DNA of 46,454 nt from Candidatus Doudnabacteria bacterium. Its GTDB lineage: Bacteria > Patescibacteriota > Doudnabacteria > UBA920 > 2-01-FULL-46-14. Made by a program: the position numbers and the translations under genes. The notes beneath the pieces were generated by a model, which made no database searches, was not told the DNA's origin, and worked only from the letters and a program-made list of their open reading frames with translations. The stretch spans positions 1-46,454 of the forward strand of contig JAHFJD010000002.1 of NCBI GenBank assembly GCA_023246055.1. The letters are read 5' to 3'. Of the stretch, positions 1 through 10,463 are shown in pieces. Every line of letters begins with the position of its first letter. Positions within the stretch are counted from its first letter, which is position 1.

Positions 1-51
1 TAAACCGCCCCCCGAATTTTAATATATTGACCAGGTTTTTTAACTGCATAA

Positions 52-80
52 TTACTTACTACTTACTACTTACTACTTAC
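52..80. repeat. TTACTAC heptamer tandem repeat
   Basis: ttacttactacttactacttactacttac just after the fusA stop. Confidence 0.8.
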
Positions 81-85
81 CGCTT

Positions 86-2209
86 TTATCCCACCTGTCC
101 CACACGGATCTTCACGCCTTCACCAATAATCTTTTCAGCCACATTCTTCGGCACTTCAGCATAATGCGAAAATTCCATGGTATAAGACGCTTGCCCTTGA
201 GACATGCTGCGGATGGTTGTCGCATAACCAAACATGGACGCGAGCGGCACGTGCGCGTCAATAACTTTCAGCTTCCCGCGATCTGACATTTGTTTGATCT
301 CGCCGCGCTTGGCAGAAATATCGCCCATGACGTCTCCCATAAATTCCTCGGGTGTGATCACTTCGATCTTCATAATCGGCTCAAGGATCACGGGACCTGC
401 TCGTTTCATTCCTTCCTGAAAAGCTTTGGAGCCAGCAATCTTGAAAGCGATTTCCGAGGAATCAACCTCGTGGAAACTGCCGTCATAAAGCGCGACACGG
501 AAATCCACCACCGGATAACCAGCGATCACGCCGTTGTCAGCAGCTTCAAATACACCTTTGCCGACTGCGGGAATGTACTCTTTCGGAATGGTGCCACCCA
601 CAACTTCGTCCTCAAATTCACGGCCTTTGCCTGGTTCCAGCGGCTCCAAACGAAGCCACACATGTCCATACTGCCCCCGCCCGCCAGTCTGACGGATATA
701 TTTGCCTTCAACCTCCACGGTTTTCCGAAACGTTTCTTTGTAAGCCACTTGTGGAGCGCCAACATTCGCCTCCACCTTGAACTCCCGCTTCATCCGATCC
801 ACGATGATTTCAAGATGCAGCTCACCCATACCGGAAATAATCGTCTGGCCCGTTTCTTCGTTTGATTTGATATGAAAGGTCGGGTCTTCTTCACCAAGCT
901 TCTGGAGCGCGATACCCATTTTCTCCTGGTCGGCTTTGGTTTTTGGCTCAATGGCCTGGGAAATGACCGGCTCGGGAAAGACAATTGATTCGAGCACCAC
1001 GGGCTTGTCATCTGCGGACAGAGTGTCGCCCGTAAACGTATCCTTGGGGCCAACAAGAGCGGCAATATCTCCGGCAAAGACCTCTTTTATTTCCTCACGA
1101 TGATTGGCGTGCATGCGGACGATTCGCCCAACTCGTTCTTTGTTTCCAGACCTCGTGTTGAGCACATACGACCCTGCCGCGAGCGTGCCGGAATAGACGC
1201 GAAAGAACGCAAGCTTTCCCACAAACGGATCAGTGGCGATCTTGAAAGCCAAAGCCGCGAACGGTTCTGTGTCCAGTGGCTGGCGCTGAATTTCTTGCTG
1301 CGTGTTAAAATCCGTCCCAGGCACCGCGCCTCGATCCGTTGGACTCGGTAAAAAATTAGTGACTGAATCGAGAATGCTCTGCACGATAATGCCACGACCG
1401 TCCCCGCCCAGCACCGGATAAAATTTGCCGCTTTGGGTGGCTTTGCGGATAGCATTCAAAAATTCTTCTTGGCTAATTTCCGCTCCTGCAAGATATTTTT
1501 CCAGAAGTGCGTCATCAGACTCGACAACTTTCTCGAGGAGCTGGTGCCTGTACTCTACGGCTTTGCTTTTCAGGTCTGCGGGTACATCAATGACAGTGAA
1601 CTCTTTGTCAGTAAAGTTTTGGTAAGTATAACCTTTCATTTGCACGAGATCTACAAAACCGACTACATCTTTTTCGAAACCAATCGGAATCTGGATCGGT
1701 ATCGCGTCAGATGAGAGCCGTTTATGAATCGAGTCAAGACTCTTGTAAAAATCCCCGCCAGTCTGGTTGATTTTGTTGATGAAGCACATGCGCGGCACAT
1801 GATATTTGTCAGCTTGCCGCCACACAGTCTCGGATTGAGGTTCCACGCCCATTTTGCCGTCAAACACCACAACTGCGCCGTCGAGCACCCGTAGCGAGCG
1901 TTCCACTTCAACGGTAAAATCTACGTGCCCCGGTGTATCGATGATGTTGATCTTGTGCTTGCTCTTCCCGGCGAGCTTATTAAATTTCGGGGTCCAAAAA
2001 CACGTGACAGCCGCGGCAGTGATAGTGATCCCGCGCTCGCGCTCCTGCTCCATCCAGTCTGTCGTAGTCTCACCTTCGTGCACGGCACCGATAGAGTGCT
2101 TGAGTCCGGTATTGTAAAGAATTCCTTCCGTGACAGTAGTCTTTCCCGCATCGATATGCGCGATTATTCCAATGTTACGTGTATGGTCGAGTGATATATC
2201 TCTGGGCAT
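86..2209 (-). CDS. fusA: Elongation factor G
   Basis: [29 protein letters not shown] and GMGELHL motifs; follows rpsL-rpsG. Confidence 0.99.
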   Translation of the reverse strand: MPRDISLDHTRNIGIIAHIDAGKTTVTEGILYNTGLKHSIGAVHEGETTTDWMEQERERGITITAAAVTCFWTPKFNKLAGKSKHKINIIDTPGHVDFTVEVERSLRVLDGAVVVFDGKMGVEPQSETVWRQADKYHVPRMCFINKINQTGGDFYKSLDSIHKRLSSDAIPIQIPIGFEKDVVGFVDLVQMKGYTYQNFTDKEFTVIDVPADLKSKAVEYRHQLLEKVVESDDALLEKYLAGAEISQEEFLNAIRKATQSGKFYPVLGGDGRGIIVQSILDSVTNFLPSPTDRGAVPGTDFNTQQEIQRQPLDTEPFAALAFKIATDPFVGKLAFFRVYSGTLAAGSYVLNTRSGNKERVGRIVRMHANHREEIKEVFAGDIAALVGPKDTFTGDTLSADDKPVVLESIVFPEPVISQAIEPKTKADQEKMGIALQKLGEEDPTFHIKSNEETGQTIISGMGELHLEIIVDRMKREFKVEANVGAPQVAYKETFRKTVEVEGKYIRQTGGRGQYGHVWLRLEPLEPGKGREFEDEVVGGTIPKEYIPAVGKGVFEAADNGVIAGYPVVDFRVALYDGSFHEVDSSEIAFKIAGSKAFQEGMKRAGPVILEPIMKIEVITPEEFMGDVMGDISAKRGEIKQMSDRGKLKVIDAHVPLASMFGYATTIRSMSQGQASYTMEFSHYAEVPKNVAEKIIGEGVKIRVGQVG

Positions 2210-2214
2210 GGTAT

Positions 2215-2290
2215 CAGCTTTTTAGCTAATCAGCTTCTTAGCTTTTTAGGATAGAAGCAACCTAACAAGCTAAGAAGCTACAAGCTAATC
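2215..2290. repeat. Inverted cluster of TTAGCT/AGCTAA heptamer-like repeats
   Basis: agcttttagctaatcagcttcttagc ... aagctaagaagctacaagctaa; a similar cluster lies at 2781-2860. Confidence 0.7.
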
Positions 2291-2291
2291 C

Positions 2292-2777
2292 CTATTTTCT
2301 CTGGAATCTCGCAAAATGCGCAAAAGCCCTGTTGGCTTCAGCCATCTTATGCGTATCGATTTTCTTTTTGATTGCTGCCCCCTCATTTTTGTTGGCAGAC
2401 ATGATTTCTTCGGCAAGTTTCAAATGCATGGGCTTTCCCTTTTGGGCTCTCGCGGCGGTAATCAGCCATCTCATTCCCAATGTGGTCTTTCTCGGCTCCA
2501 TAACTTCAAGAGGTACCTGGTAATTCGCTCCACCGATGCGGCGGCTTTTGACCTCAAGCGCTGGGCTAACATTTTTCAAGGCCGCATCAAAAATCTGACG
2601 CGGTTCAACGTTCATTTGTTCTTTTATATAGTTGAAAGCATCATAGACAATCTTTTCAGCAACTGTTTTTTTGCCGCGCTCCATGATGTGGTTGATAAAT
2701 TTCGCAACCTTGACGTTATTGTATTTCGGATCAGGAGCGATCTTGTGCTTGTTATATGATCTGGCTTTTCTGGGCAT
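2292..2777 (-). CDS. rpsG: 30S ribosomal protein S7
   Basis: [28 protein letters not shown]. Confidence 0.99.
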   Translation of the reverse strand: MPRKARSYNKHKIAPDPKYNNVKVAKFINHIMERGKKTVAEKIVYDAFNYIKEQMNVEPRQIFDAALKNVSPALEVKSRRIGGANYQVPLEVMEPRKTTLGMRWLITAARAQKGKPMHLKLAEEIMSANKNEGAAIKKKIDTHKMAEANRAFAHFARFQRK

Positions 2778-2780
2778 TGG

Positions 2781-2860
2781 TTTAGCTGTTTAGCTGTTTA
2801 GCTCATTGGCTTCTTAGGCACCGAACGAAACCTAACCAGCTAATAAGCTACTAACTAATT
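2781..2860. repeat. Inverted cluster of heptamer repeats
   Basis: tttagctgtttagctgtttagct ... cagctaataagctactaactaa. Confidence 0.7.
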
Positions 2861-2861
2861 C

Positions 2862-3278
2862 CTATTTCGGTCTTTTTGCTCCGTATTTACTTCTGCCACG
2901 TTTGCGGTTCTCGACTCCTGCCGCATCCAGCTTTCCGCGGACGATATGATAACGCACGCCAGGCAAATCCTTCACGCGTCCGCCGCGGATCATAACGACC
3001 GAGTGTTCTTGGAGATTGTGCCCCACTCCCGGGATGTAAGCTGTCACCTCCATGCCATTCGTCAACCGCACGCGCGCAATCTTCCGCAAAGCCGAGTTTG
3101 GTTTTCTCGGCGTGGTGGTCGTGACTTTGAGACACACCCCGCGTTTGAACGGGCTGCCGAATTTGAGGAGTACGGGTCGGTTATGGATCAAATTCAAAGC
3201 ACGCATCATGGCCGGGCTCTTGGATTTGGCCTTGAGTGGTTTGCGCTTTTTTCTGATGAGTTGATTGATTGTCGGCAT
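2862..3278 (-). CDS. rpsL: 30S ribosomal protein S12
   Basis: [27 protein letters not shown]. Confidence 0.99.
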   Translation of the reverse strand: MPTINQLIRKKRKPLKAKSKSPAMMRALNLIHNRPVLLKFGSPFKRGVCLKVTTTTPRKPNSALRKIARVRLTNGMEVTAYIPGVGHNLQEHSVVMIRGGRVKDLPGVRYHIVRGKLDAAGVENRKRGRSKYGAKRPK

Positions 3279-3291
3279 CTACATTTTATGC

Positions 3292-3328
3292 TCCCCCCCC
3301 TTACCAAGGGGGGGAATAAGAGGGGGTT
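3292..3328. repeat. C-rich/G-rich palindromic mini-element
   Basis: tccccccccttaccaagggggggaataagaggggg; a related element lies at 3481-3526. Confidence 0.7.
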
Positions 3329-3740
3329 AAATTAACTATAAGCCTAAACAAAAACTGATGGCATAACCTTCAGTTCTCGCCTACTTCGTTTATTTGGTAC
3401 CCATAAGCCTTGTGGGCTTTTGGTCCGCCGATGAGGCGGATCATCCGAAACCCGTGGATGGTTTGCCCCTTCATTTTTTTCTCCCCCCTCGGGGGAGATG
3501 TCTCGGTAAACCGAGACAGAGAGGGTTTATTTCTTCCCAAATAAATCGACTTAAAAAGTGATTTCCCTAACAAAAGGGAGGTTTCTTATTCAATTGTGAT
3601 TATTATATCAACAACAGCTATTGACGTCAACCCCGATTTATGCTAGTCTTTATGGTCATTATCGCCAATGTGTTATAACGGCTATAATGGTCTCTGTTTC
3701 GTAGTTTCGTTATTTGGAAAAACATGTCAGGAGGGGAAAA

Positions 3741-4526
3741 ATGAATACAACGCAACCGAATGAAGAAAGTTTGGAAGCATTGAAAAAACTGGCCAAAGAA
3801 CCGAGGGGCATAGGAGCAGTCCCTGACGAGGGACTGCTGCAAGCGATTGCGTCGTGCGGCATACTTGATCTCAACCAGGCTGTAAACGCGTACTATGCCG
3901 CAGTAAGTTCCATCGAAAAGGCGGGTGCCAGAATTCTTGAGCACCGCAAAAAGATCGATGACCTGCTGGAATGGAGTCACAGGACGTGGCTCGAACTGTC
4001 TGATCCCAACGAGCAGCTCAAGCATCTCTCGGAGGTCCGGAAAACGACGAACGGCCTTGAAACAGAACTCCTGACCCTGTCAGGGGAAACAATACCTCAA
4101 CTCCGAGAGGTCTCCCCCATCGGCCAGATCGAAATGGCCAGAGCTCTGTTTAGCTTCATCGAAGAAGTCCGTCGGGCTATTAGATGGTCGCGTGAGCTGT
4201 TCAGCGGCTATCAAGGACCGTTTCTCGAACGTTTTGTGCTTCCGGCTCTGGAGGGGACGCTTTCTTCCCAATGGCCAGACGACAGCATATGGAGGGACGT
4301 GGTCGATCAGCAGATCATCCAACGCATCCCGGATGACGAGTGGAAACAAGACCGGCCAGATCGAAGAGTAGTATTTGCAGCGCTCAAAAAGAACCTGACT
4401 CCGGAGCGCATCCACATTCTGGTCGTCGCCATCAGCGCCAGTGAGAAGTGTGACGCAGACGCGCTGAAAAGCCTAATCGAAAAACAGCGCGAAATGGCGA
4501 AAGAATATCCCGACTTTTCCTGGTAA
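3741..4526 (+). CDS. Hypothetical helical protein (ORFan-like)
   Basis: 261-aa ORF; AGGAGG SD before ATG 3741; no recognisable motif. Confidence 0.75.
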   Translation: MNTTQPNEESLEALKKLAKEPRGIGAVPDEGLLQAIASCGILDLNQAVNAYYAAVSSIEKAGARILEHRKKIDDLLEWSHRTWLELSDPNEQLKHLSEVRKTTNGLETELLTLSGETIPQLREVSPIGQIEMARALFSFIEEVRRAIRWSRELFSGYQGPFLERFVLPALEGTLSSQWPDDSIWRDVVDQQIIQRIPDDEWKQDRPDRRVVFAALKKNLTPERIHILVVAISASEKCDADALKSLIEKQREMAKEYPDFSW

Positions 4527-4671
4527 CGATGTTGCGGAATCTCGCACAGTAGTTGTTCAAAGTCTCAACGAACAAGTGCTGTGCGAGTTTTTTTATTTCA
4601 TAAATTTTTGCCAACAAAAAATGCTCCGTATTCCAAATTTCGAAATACAGAGCACTGCTACACGAAGTTCC

Positions 4672-5637
4672 CTAGCCAATGCTTATCGTCTGGCCAATCG
4701 CAGACACAGAGTCCGACAGGCTCTTCAGCCACGAGGTCCCGCTATCGTCTGACACGGCACTAGAGATGCACCCGCACTGCTTGCAATCAGCTTTCTCGGA
4801 GAGGATGCATTGATTGATTCTGTTGCCCGCGGCGTCGAACGAATCAACCAGCGTGGACATCCCGCAAACAGAGGGTGTCATTTTGATCGTGTGATCAGGG
4901 TGTAGCCTTTTAATCTGCTCGGAACTGACGACCAGGAAATCTCCGCATTGCTTTTTCAGTCCCAGCAACTCGTCGACAATCCAAACCCTTTGCTCGCGTG
5001 ACAAAAGGTAATCATGGTCCTTTGCTCCACGAATCGGAGTCATGGTGCTGACCATGATCCCGTCCGCGAGTCCGTTGTTGCTCCAGGTCTGCATGATCTT
5101 TCCCACTTGACGGTAGTTCACTGCGTTGAGCGTCGAATGAATTATCACCGGAAAATATCCGGACGAGCGCGCTCGTCCGACATTTTTCAATATCCGATCA
5201 TAGAGTCCTTGCATCCTCCTCACGTTATCGTGAGTAGCGGAATCTCCCCCATCAATTGAAACAACGTGAGTGGTGTTTGGCAATCCAGTAAGCAGAGGCG
5301 TGGTGCCAGAGATCACGAGCCAACTCCAGGGAATGGCCCCGGCTAGCTTCTTCAAAAGATTAGGTCGGACATAAGGCTCCCCGCCAACCATGCTCACATG
5401 GAGGTAGCCTTGCCTTCGCATTCTCAAAAAAAACGCAAAAACATCCTTGTCGCTCATTTCCTTCACCCGTGGCTGCCTGCGCCAATAGCAATCGCACCCG
5501 ACAGGGCAGCGATCAGAAACGTTAAAGCTGAATGCCAGAGGTAGACCGCTAACAACTCGGCGGTAAGTCCCCTTCAGAACCACCGCTGTATTCCTGGTCA
5601 AAAATCTCAATATACCGGTAGCATCTTTACACAGCAT
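4672..5637 (-). CDS. Radical SAM protein with Cys-rich (SPASM/twitch-like) C-terminus
   Basis: CPVGCDC, GGEP, SIDG..HD..R, C-terminal C..CKQCGC; GGAGGAG SD. Confidence 0.88.
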   Translation of the reverse strand: MLCKDATGILRFLTRNTAVVLKGTYRRVVSGLPLAFSFNVSDRCPVGCDCYWRRQPRVKEMSDKDVFAFFLRMRRQGYLHVSMVGGEPYVRPNLLKKLAGAIPWSWLVISGTTPLLTGLPNTTHVVSIDGGDSATHDNVRRMQGLYDRILKNVGRARSSGYFPVIIHSTLNAVNYRQVGKIMQTWSNNGLADGIMVSTMTPIRGAKDHDYLLSREQRVWIVDELLGLKKQCGDFLVVSSEQIKRLHPDHTIKMTPSVCGMSTLVDSFDAAGNRINQCILSEKADCKQCGCISSAVSDDSGTSWLKSLSDSVSAIGQTISIG

Positions 5638-5771
5638 TTACTCCTCCTATATACGGAAATTTGAAATTCCTTGCGAGCAGTATAGCCAACTCTGGAAATT
5701 TTTTCAATTTGCCACCTGGCCTATTTTATGCGAATCTTAAACCAGTACAATCCATGCCCAAAGGAGGCGGA

Positions 5772-7316
5772 ATGCTGAAACGATTGAGAGTAGTTGTTCT
5801 AAAACCGAGTAAATATGGTTATAAAAACGACCGTTGGAACGGTTATGTCCAGCGCTTTTGGCGAGGTTTCATGCCGAATGCAACAGTACCTCATTTGCGG
5901 ACTATGACCCCGGAGCGGATCAGCGATTGCCTCCTCGAAACATACGCAATCGATGAATACGTGCAGACTGATCTGGATTATCTCAAGCTCCTTCATGGTG
6001 ATGAGCCAACACTCCTCGCCCTGGTTGGCGTGCAATCACACCAATTCCATCGCGCGCTAGACCTAGGCGCGTACGCTCTGAAACATGGCTGCCGGCATGT
6101 AGTAATTGGTGGTCCACACCCTATGACGTGTGACACCAGTATGCTTCAGGGGCGCGGTGTGTCATTTGCTCTAGCCGAAGCTGAAATGATTTGGCTCACC
6201 ATTCTCCACGACGCCATATGCGGCGAGCTCCAGCCAGTATACGGAGTCGGGCAGCGCTGGCAAACTGAACTCCGAGCATCAGCCATGATCCCACCATCTC
6301 GTGAGGATATGAAGCGGTATGTTGTGCCGCTGCTTGGTGTTTATCCTGCTCGCGGTTGCCCATACACATGCAATTTCTGCTCCGTGATAAAAATCGCGGG
6401 CAGGCAGATCAGAAGCCAGGACATCGGAGTAACGATGGAAACTCTCTGGCGCGCAAAAAAATCTGGGATCAGATTCATTCTCTTCACATCTGACAATTTC
6501 AACAAATATGCCGACGCAGTAGCCTTGCTGAATCAGATGATTGAAGAAAAACTGGACCTGCCATTCATGTGTCAATGCGATACACAGGTATCGCGGCAGG
6601 AAGAATTCATGGGGCTCTTAGGTCGAGCTGGGTGTTTTCAAATCTATGTCGGGGTCGAATCACTCGATCGAGAGACACTCCGCAAGGCCCGCAAGAACCA
6701 GAATCACCCCCAGCAGTATGGGGAAATCGTCAGGTTGGCAGGAAAGTACGGATTTTCTTCCCACTTCTCCAACATTGTGGGATTCCCAGATGATACTGAA
6801 AAATCAGTCAGGGGTCATATCGCGGAAGTTTGCAGGATCAGTCCGGCAGCGCTCTCCGCTTACATTCTTACGCCTCTGCCGGGCACGGAACAGTACGACG
6901 AATTTCTAGCTGGAGGGAGAATTTATGAAAAAAACCTCGACTGTTTCGACGCCTGTTGTCCGACCTGGCACCATGATCATCTCTCTCCGCAGCAGCGAAT
7001 CGAGTTGATGTTTGAATTCTACCGAACGTTTTATTCGGATGAAAAGCTCGTGAAAAGCTTCACCACCCGGAACCGACAGATGAGCCGTACGTCAGACGCC
7101 ATAGCCCGAATTTTCCCGATTTTCTATCGGTATGCGGCTTGGAGACAGCGGCACCCCATGGAGGGAGGTTTGGGAAAAGTGAGGCGTGACCATGTTTCCG
7201 AGTATCTTGATTTGCGGAAAAAACTTTTCGGGTACGAGCATGTTCCTCTGCCGCGAAGTCTCCAGCTTTCTCCTACCGATCAGGGACTCAATCGTCAGGT
7301 CAAGATTGCCATGTAG
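5772..7316 (+). CDS. B12-binding-domain radical SAM protein
   Basis: VVIGGPH, RGCPYTCNFC, DNF, GVES, GFPDDT, TPLPGT; AAGGAGG SD before ATG 5772. Confidence 0.92.
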   Translation: MLKRLRVVVLKPSKYGYKNDRWNGYVQRFWRGFMPNATVPHLRTMTPERISDCLLETYAIDEYVQTDLDYLKLLHGDEPTLLALVGVQSHQFHRALDLGAYALKHGCRHVVIGGPHPMTCDTSMLQGRGVSFALAEAEMIWLTILHDAICGELQPVYGVGQRWQTELRASAMIPPSREDMKRYVVPLLGVYPARGCPYTCNFCSVIKIAGRQIRSQDIGVTMETLWRAKKSGIRFILFTSDNFNKYADAVALLNQMIEEKLDLPFMCQCDTQVSRQEEFMGLLGRAGCFQIYVGVESLDRETLRKARKNQNHPQQYGEIVRLAGKYGFSSHFSNIVGFPDDTEKSVRGHIAEVCRISPAALSAYILTPLPGTEQYDEFLAGGRIYEKNLDCFDACCPTWHHDHLSPQQRIELMFEFYRTFYSDEKLVKSFTTRNRQMSRTSDAIARIFPIFYRYAAWRQRHPMEGGLGKVRRDHVSEYLDLRKKLFGYEHVPLPRSLQLSPTDQGLNRQVKIAM

Positions 7317-7370
7317 GACAAACTTATCAAACGGTCTTCGTAATCTACACACGAAGACCGTATTTTATGC

Positions 7371-7994
7371 CTAAAAAATTGAAAAACCCAGGAACAGATT
7401 TGACACAAGGCTCAACAGTGGTACGAGGATGCGGTGAATGAGGCCGCTGTAAAGAAATAAAATTATCAGGATAAATCCGTAGCGTTCAAAGGACAAAAAC
7501 CGATAGATAGTCACAAGATTGCTCGAAAGCAGGGAGGCAAACACTTTGAATCCGTCAAGCGGCGGCAGTGGCAAAAGGTTGAAAATTCCCAGCCCCAGAT
7601 TTAGCACCACAGCCGTAACAAAGAGATCGTGCTGCGGATCTACCACATTATGCAAACCAAGTCTAATCGGCAAAGTAAAGATCAGGGCGAGGATGAAATT
7701 CGCTCCCGGGCCAGCCAGGGATACGAGTGCCATTCCTTTCCTCGGATCTCGGAGCCGCAAAAAATCCACCGGCACTGGCTTGGCCGCCCCAAAAATAAAC
7801 GGGCTGCCGACCCAGACTAAAAACAAGGGCAAGAGAATCGAAGCGAATGGGTCAAGGTGAGGGATAGGGTTCAGCGTCAAGCGACCGGCCATCTTGGCTG
7901 TGTCGTCGCCGAGCCGATAAGCCATGACCCCGTGGCAGACTTCGTGGATCACTGCAGAAAACAAAAGGATGACGAGAATAATTACTAATTCCAT
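7371..7994 (-). CDS. Site-2 protease family (M50) membrane metallopeptidase
   Basis: HEVCHG zinc motif, AGPGAN, NLLPLPPLDG. Confidence 0.95.
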   Translation of the reverse strand: MELVIILVILLFSAVIHEVCHGVMAYRLGDDTAKMAGRLTLNPIPHLDPFASILLPLFLVWVGSPFIFGAAKPVPVDFLRLRDPRKGMALVSLAGPGANFILALIFTLPIRLGLHNVVDPQHDLFVTAVVLNLGLGIFNLLPLPPLDGFKVFASLLSSNLVTIYRFLSFERYGFILIILFLYSGLIHRILVPLLSLVSNLFLGFSIF

Positions 7995-8069
7995 AGCTAT
8001 TTACAACTCCTGATTAAAATTGTATACTTCCTTTCGTATATTCGTACTAATTCGTATTTCGTAGTATTC

Positions 8070-8276
8070 ATGACCGGACCTAACAAAGTCTGTAAAATCT
8101 GCGGCAAGGGCTATCGGCGGGCCTTTGCGCGCTCACATTCCATGCAGTCAACCATTCGCCGTCTGGAACCCAATCTGCAGTGGCTGACTGTATCCCCTGG
8201 TAAAAGAATCAAAGCTTGCACTAACTGCATTAAATCCTATTCTGCGAGGAAAATCAAACTACCACAGTTTGTTTAA
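8070..8276 (+). CDS. rpmB: 50S ribosomal protein L28 (zinc-ribbon type)
   Basis: CKICGK...SHS..TIRRLEPNLQ...ACTNCIK. Confidence 0.93.
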   Translation: MTGPNKVCKICGKGYRRAFARSHSMQSTIRRLEPNLQWLTVSPGKRIKACTNCIKSYSARKIKLPQFV

Positions 8277-8278
8277 TG

Positions 8279-8409
8279 CCAGGTAGTAGAAGCTTGATAG
8301 TAAACAGCTCTCCGTTCACTATTTGCTATTTTAATCACTCTATCTCAGATAAGAACTAAAAGTCTGTAGGACCAGACTGCGTCTGGTCAATCAAACTTTC
8401 ACTACCTGG
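8279..8409. repeat. Element with about 20-bp imperfect terminal inverted repeats (CCAGGTAGT...ACTACCTGG)
   Basis: Ends are complementary; the same ends occur at 46407-46439. Confidence 0.7.
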
Positions 8410-9603
8410 ATGCTTGAGCAATTTACAAGACCCAAAAAACAATCCCCGATCGGTACTTACCGCGTGGATGTAGTGTCGTTGCCCGAAGAACTGGACTTTC
8501 CAGCTGACTTGCCTGTGGAAATCCAATACATTCTCAAACAGCACCCAGAGTACCGCGCGCAAATTCACAAAATTTTAAGCGACGGTAAAGCCATCGGCGT
8601 ACGTACGGTCCGCCGCTCGCCGGAAAATATTTTACAAGCAGTGCACACTATAAGCGTCCATAGTCAGGGTAACTACATCATCACCTGGCTGCCTGAACTC
8701 TTGCGCAGCAAACATCGCCCGGTGTTTTTGCGCGAAGACCTCGAGGCTGTTCAAAGCCGCGGGGAAAATCTGGAAGATGCAGTGCAAACTATCCTGCGCG
8801 ATCGTTTGCGGTTCAAAAAATTGGTGCTCATCGACGAGGAAAATATCGGCATCAAACCCGAAGATCAACGGCTGATGAGTGAGCTTTCCGAAATCATTTA
8901 CCCTCTGGCGATCAATTATTCTGTGTTCCGGGTTGTGGCAGACAATGCCCGGGAGCGCACCAAAATCGCCCGAGTCATAGTCAAAGCCCTGCTCGTAATC
9001 GGTCCGATTGCGCATATCCTGGAAAAGATTGCTGTCGGTATCGGCAAAATTTTTGCGGCCTCCGCAGACGATTTGCTAGGAGAAGTAGCTGAACTTTCTG
9101 CATTGCGCGGCAGCGGATTTTCCTGGCGCGAGCTCGCTCGCCGCTCGCGCATTTTGATTCCTGTGTTTATGCTGGCGACCTACGGCGCTTATTCGGTCGA
9201 GGAATTGCTAGAGCGTGGCCAAATCGTCACCGCTGGCATTGTGTTCGGGCTCTCGGCCGTCGCTCTTTCTCTGACCACCGCGATCCAGTCCATGTTTATG
9301 TATCTGAACAATCTCAAACGCATCTCGGCCCAAGGCAAAGTCAAGCTTACCCGCAACACTTCTCTCCTGCGCCTGGCGCTGCGGCAGGATTTCACCAACC
9401 CCGCCCGGCTCGGCCTGCTGCTCGGGGCGGCCATGGCGCCTTTTATAGGCATACTGGGCGCGCTTTCGGGGCTCATGCATAACGGCTGGGTCCTCGCCGC
9501 TATTGGCTCCACAGAATCAATCATCGCTGGTGTCACCGTAATTTTAGCCGACTATTTAAGCGAATGGCGCTTCCACCGCTCTTTAAAAAAACTCATCCGT
9601 TAA
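8410..9603 (+). CDS. Hypothetical protein with soluble N-half and multi-TM C-half
   Basis: 397-aa ORF with several hydrophobic segments after residue 190. Confidence 0.8.
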   Translation: MLEQFTRPKKQSPIGTYRVDVVSLPEELDFPADLPVEIQYILKQHPEYRAQIHKILSDGKAIGVRTVRRSPENILQAVHTISVHSQGNYIITWLPELLRSKHRPVFLREDLEAVQSRGENLEDAVQTILRDRLRFKKLVLIDEENIGIKPEDQRLMSELSEIIYPLAINYSVFRVVADNARERTKIARVIVKALLVIGPIAHILEKIAVGIGKIFAASADDLLGEVAELSALRGSGFSWRELARRSRILIPVFMLATYGAYSVEELLERGQIVTAGIVFGLSAVALSLTTAIQSMFMYLNNLKRISAQGKVKLTRNTSLLRLALRQDFTNPARLGLLLGAAMAPFIGILGALSGLMHNGWVLAAIGSTESIIAGVTVILADYLSEWRFHRSLKKLIR

Positions 9604-9609
9604 GAAAAA

Positions 9610-9645
9610 TACCGACAGATTTCATGATCATGAAATCTGTCGGTA
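9610..9645. repeat. Perfect 36-bp palindrome between convergent genes (possible bidirectional terminator)
   Basis: TACCGACAGATTTCATGA|TCATGAAATCTGTCGGTA. Confidence 0.85.
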
Positions 9646-9668
9646 AGGAGGAAAAACTGTTCCAGGAT

Positions 9669-10460
9669 TCAACTGAATTCCAAAATCATTGGCAAATGAT
9701 CAGAGGCCAGGACATACGGTACCTGAAAATTGCGAATCTCGATGCTAGACGATACCAAAACATAATCTGCAAAATAGTCGTTGAAAATTTTTAGATCCGC
9801 ATAAAGTTCGTTGCGAGTCGTTTTTATCCCAAATTCTTTTATCAAATTCCGCATTTTGGTTTCCAAAATTGCCATGCTCTTGGTATCCGGTCGCAGGTTA
9901 AAATCGCCGCAGAGGATCACATCTCCAGTTTGTTTATTTAGGAAATCTAATATTTTTTCTGACTGGGCAATCCGCTCGGGGGTGTCGGTTTTTGGCGCGC
10001 GAACCCAATACCCATGAACGTTGCCAATGGTTAGAGACAAGTCCTCGAGCCCGATTTTCAAATACTGCACGTTTCGCCCCATAGAACGGGCGTCATTCTG
10101 CTCGGCGGTGCGCATATTGCGGCGCCCGTAAGCATAAAATTCACCTACATCCTCAACCTTCATTCCTTTCCTGACAAAAATCGCCAGCCCGTAAGCAATC
10201 GGAAAATCCACAAAACCGTCAAAGGTCCATCCATCCTGGCAAGGAGCAAAGTACGAATCAAAATTCGACAATGCCTCTCGAAATTCCTCGAGCATGTTCA
10301 CGCGGCAGATCCTCGCTGTGCCGAAAGTTTTAAAGTCAGTGGTTGTATCAAACACCTCCTGAAAACAAAAAATATCCGTGTCTTTAGCTTCGGATCGGAC
10401 AAATTCCATGAGCGCGTCAAACTGCATTCCGCCCCAGATGTTGAGTGACACGAGCTTCAT
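9669..10460 (-). CDS. Endonuclease/exonuclease/phosphatase family protein
   Basis: SLNI, FCFQEV, GDFN, SDHLP. Confidence 0.93.
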   Translation of the reverse strand: MKLVSLNIWGGMQFDALMEFVRSEAKDTDIFCFQEVFDTTTDFKTFGTARICRVNMLEEFREALSNFDSYFAPCQDGWTFDGFVDFPIAYGLAIFVRKGMKVEDVGEFYAYGRRNMRTAEQNDARSMGRNVQYLKIGLEDLSLTIGNVHGYWVRAPKTDTPERIAQSEKILDFLNKQTGDVILCGDFNLRPDTKSMAILETKMRNLIKEFGIKTTRNELYADLKIFNDYFADYVLVSSSIEIRNFQVPYVLASDHLPMILEFS

Positions 10461-10463
10461 GGT

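Noticed and set aside
3390..3475. c-di-GMP-I riboswitch
   Set aside because: Only the 5' part resembles it; the GNRA loop and P3 are not recognisable.
3370..3573. 67-aa ORF upstream of rpsL
   Set aside because: It reads through a palindromic repeat and the structured leader, so it is probably spurious.
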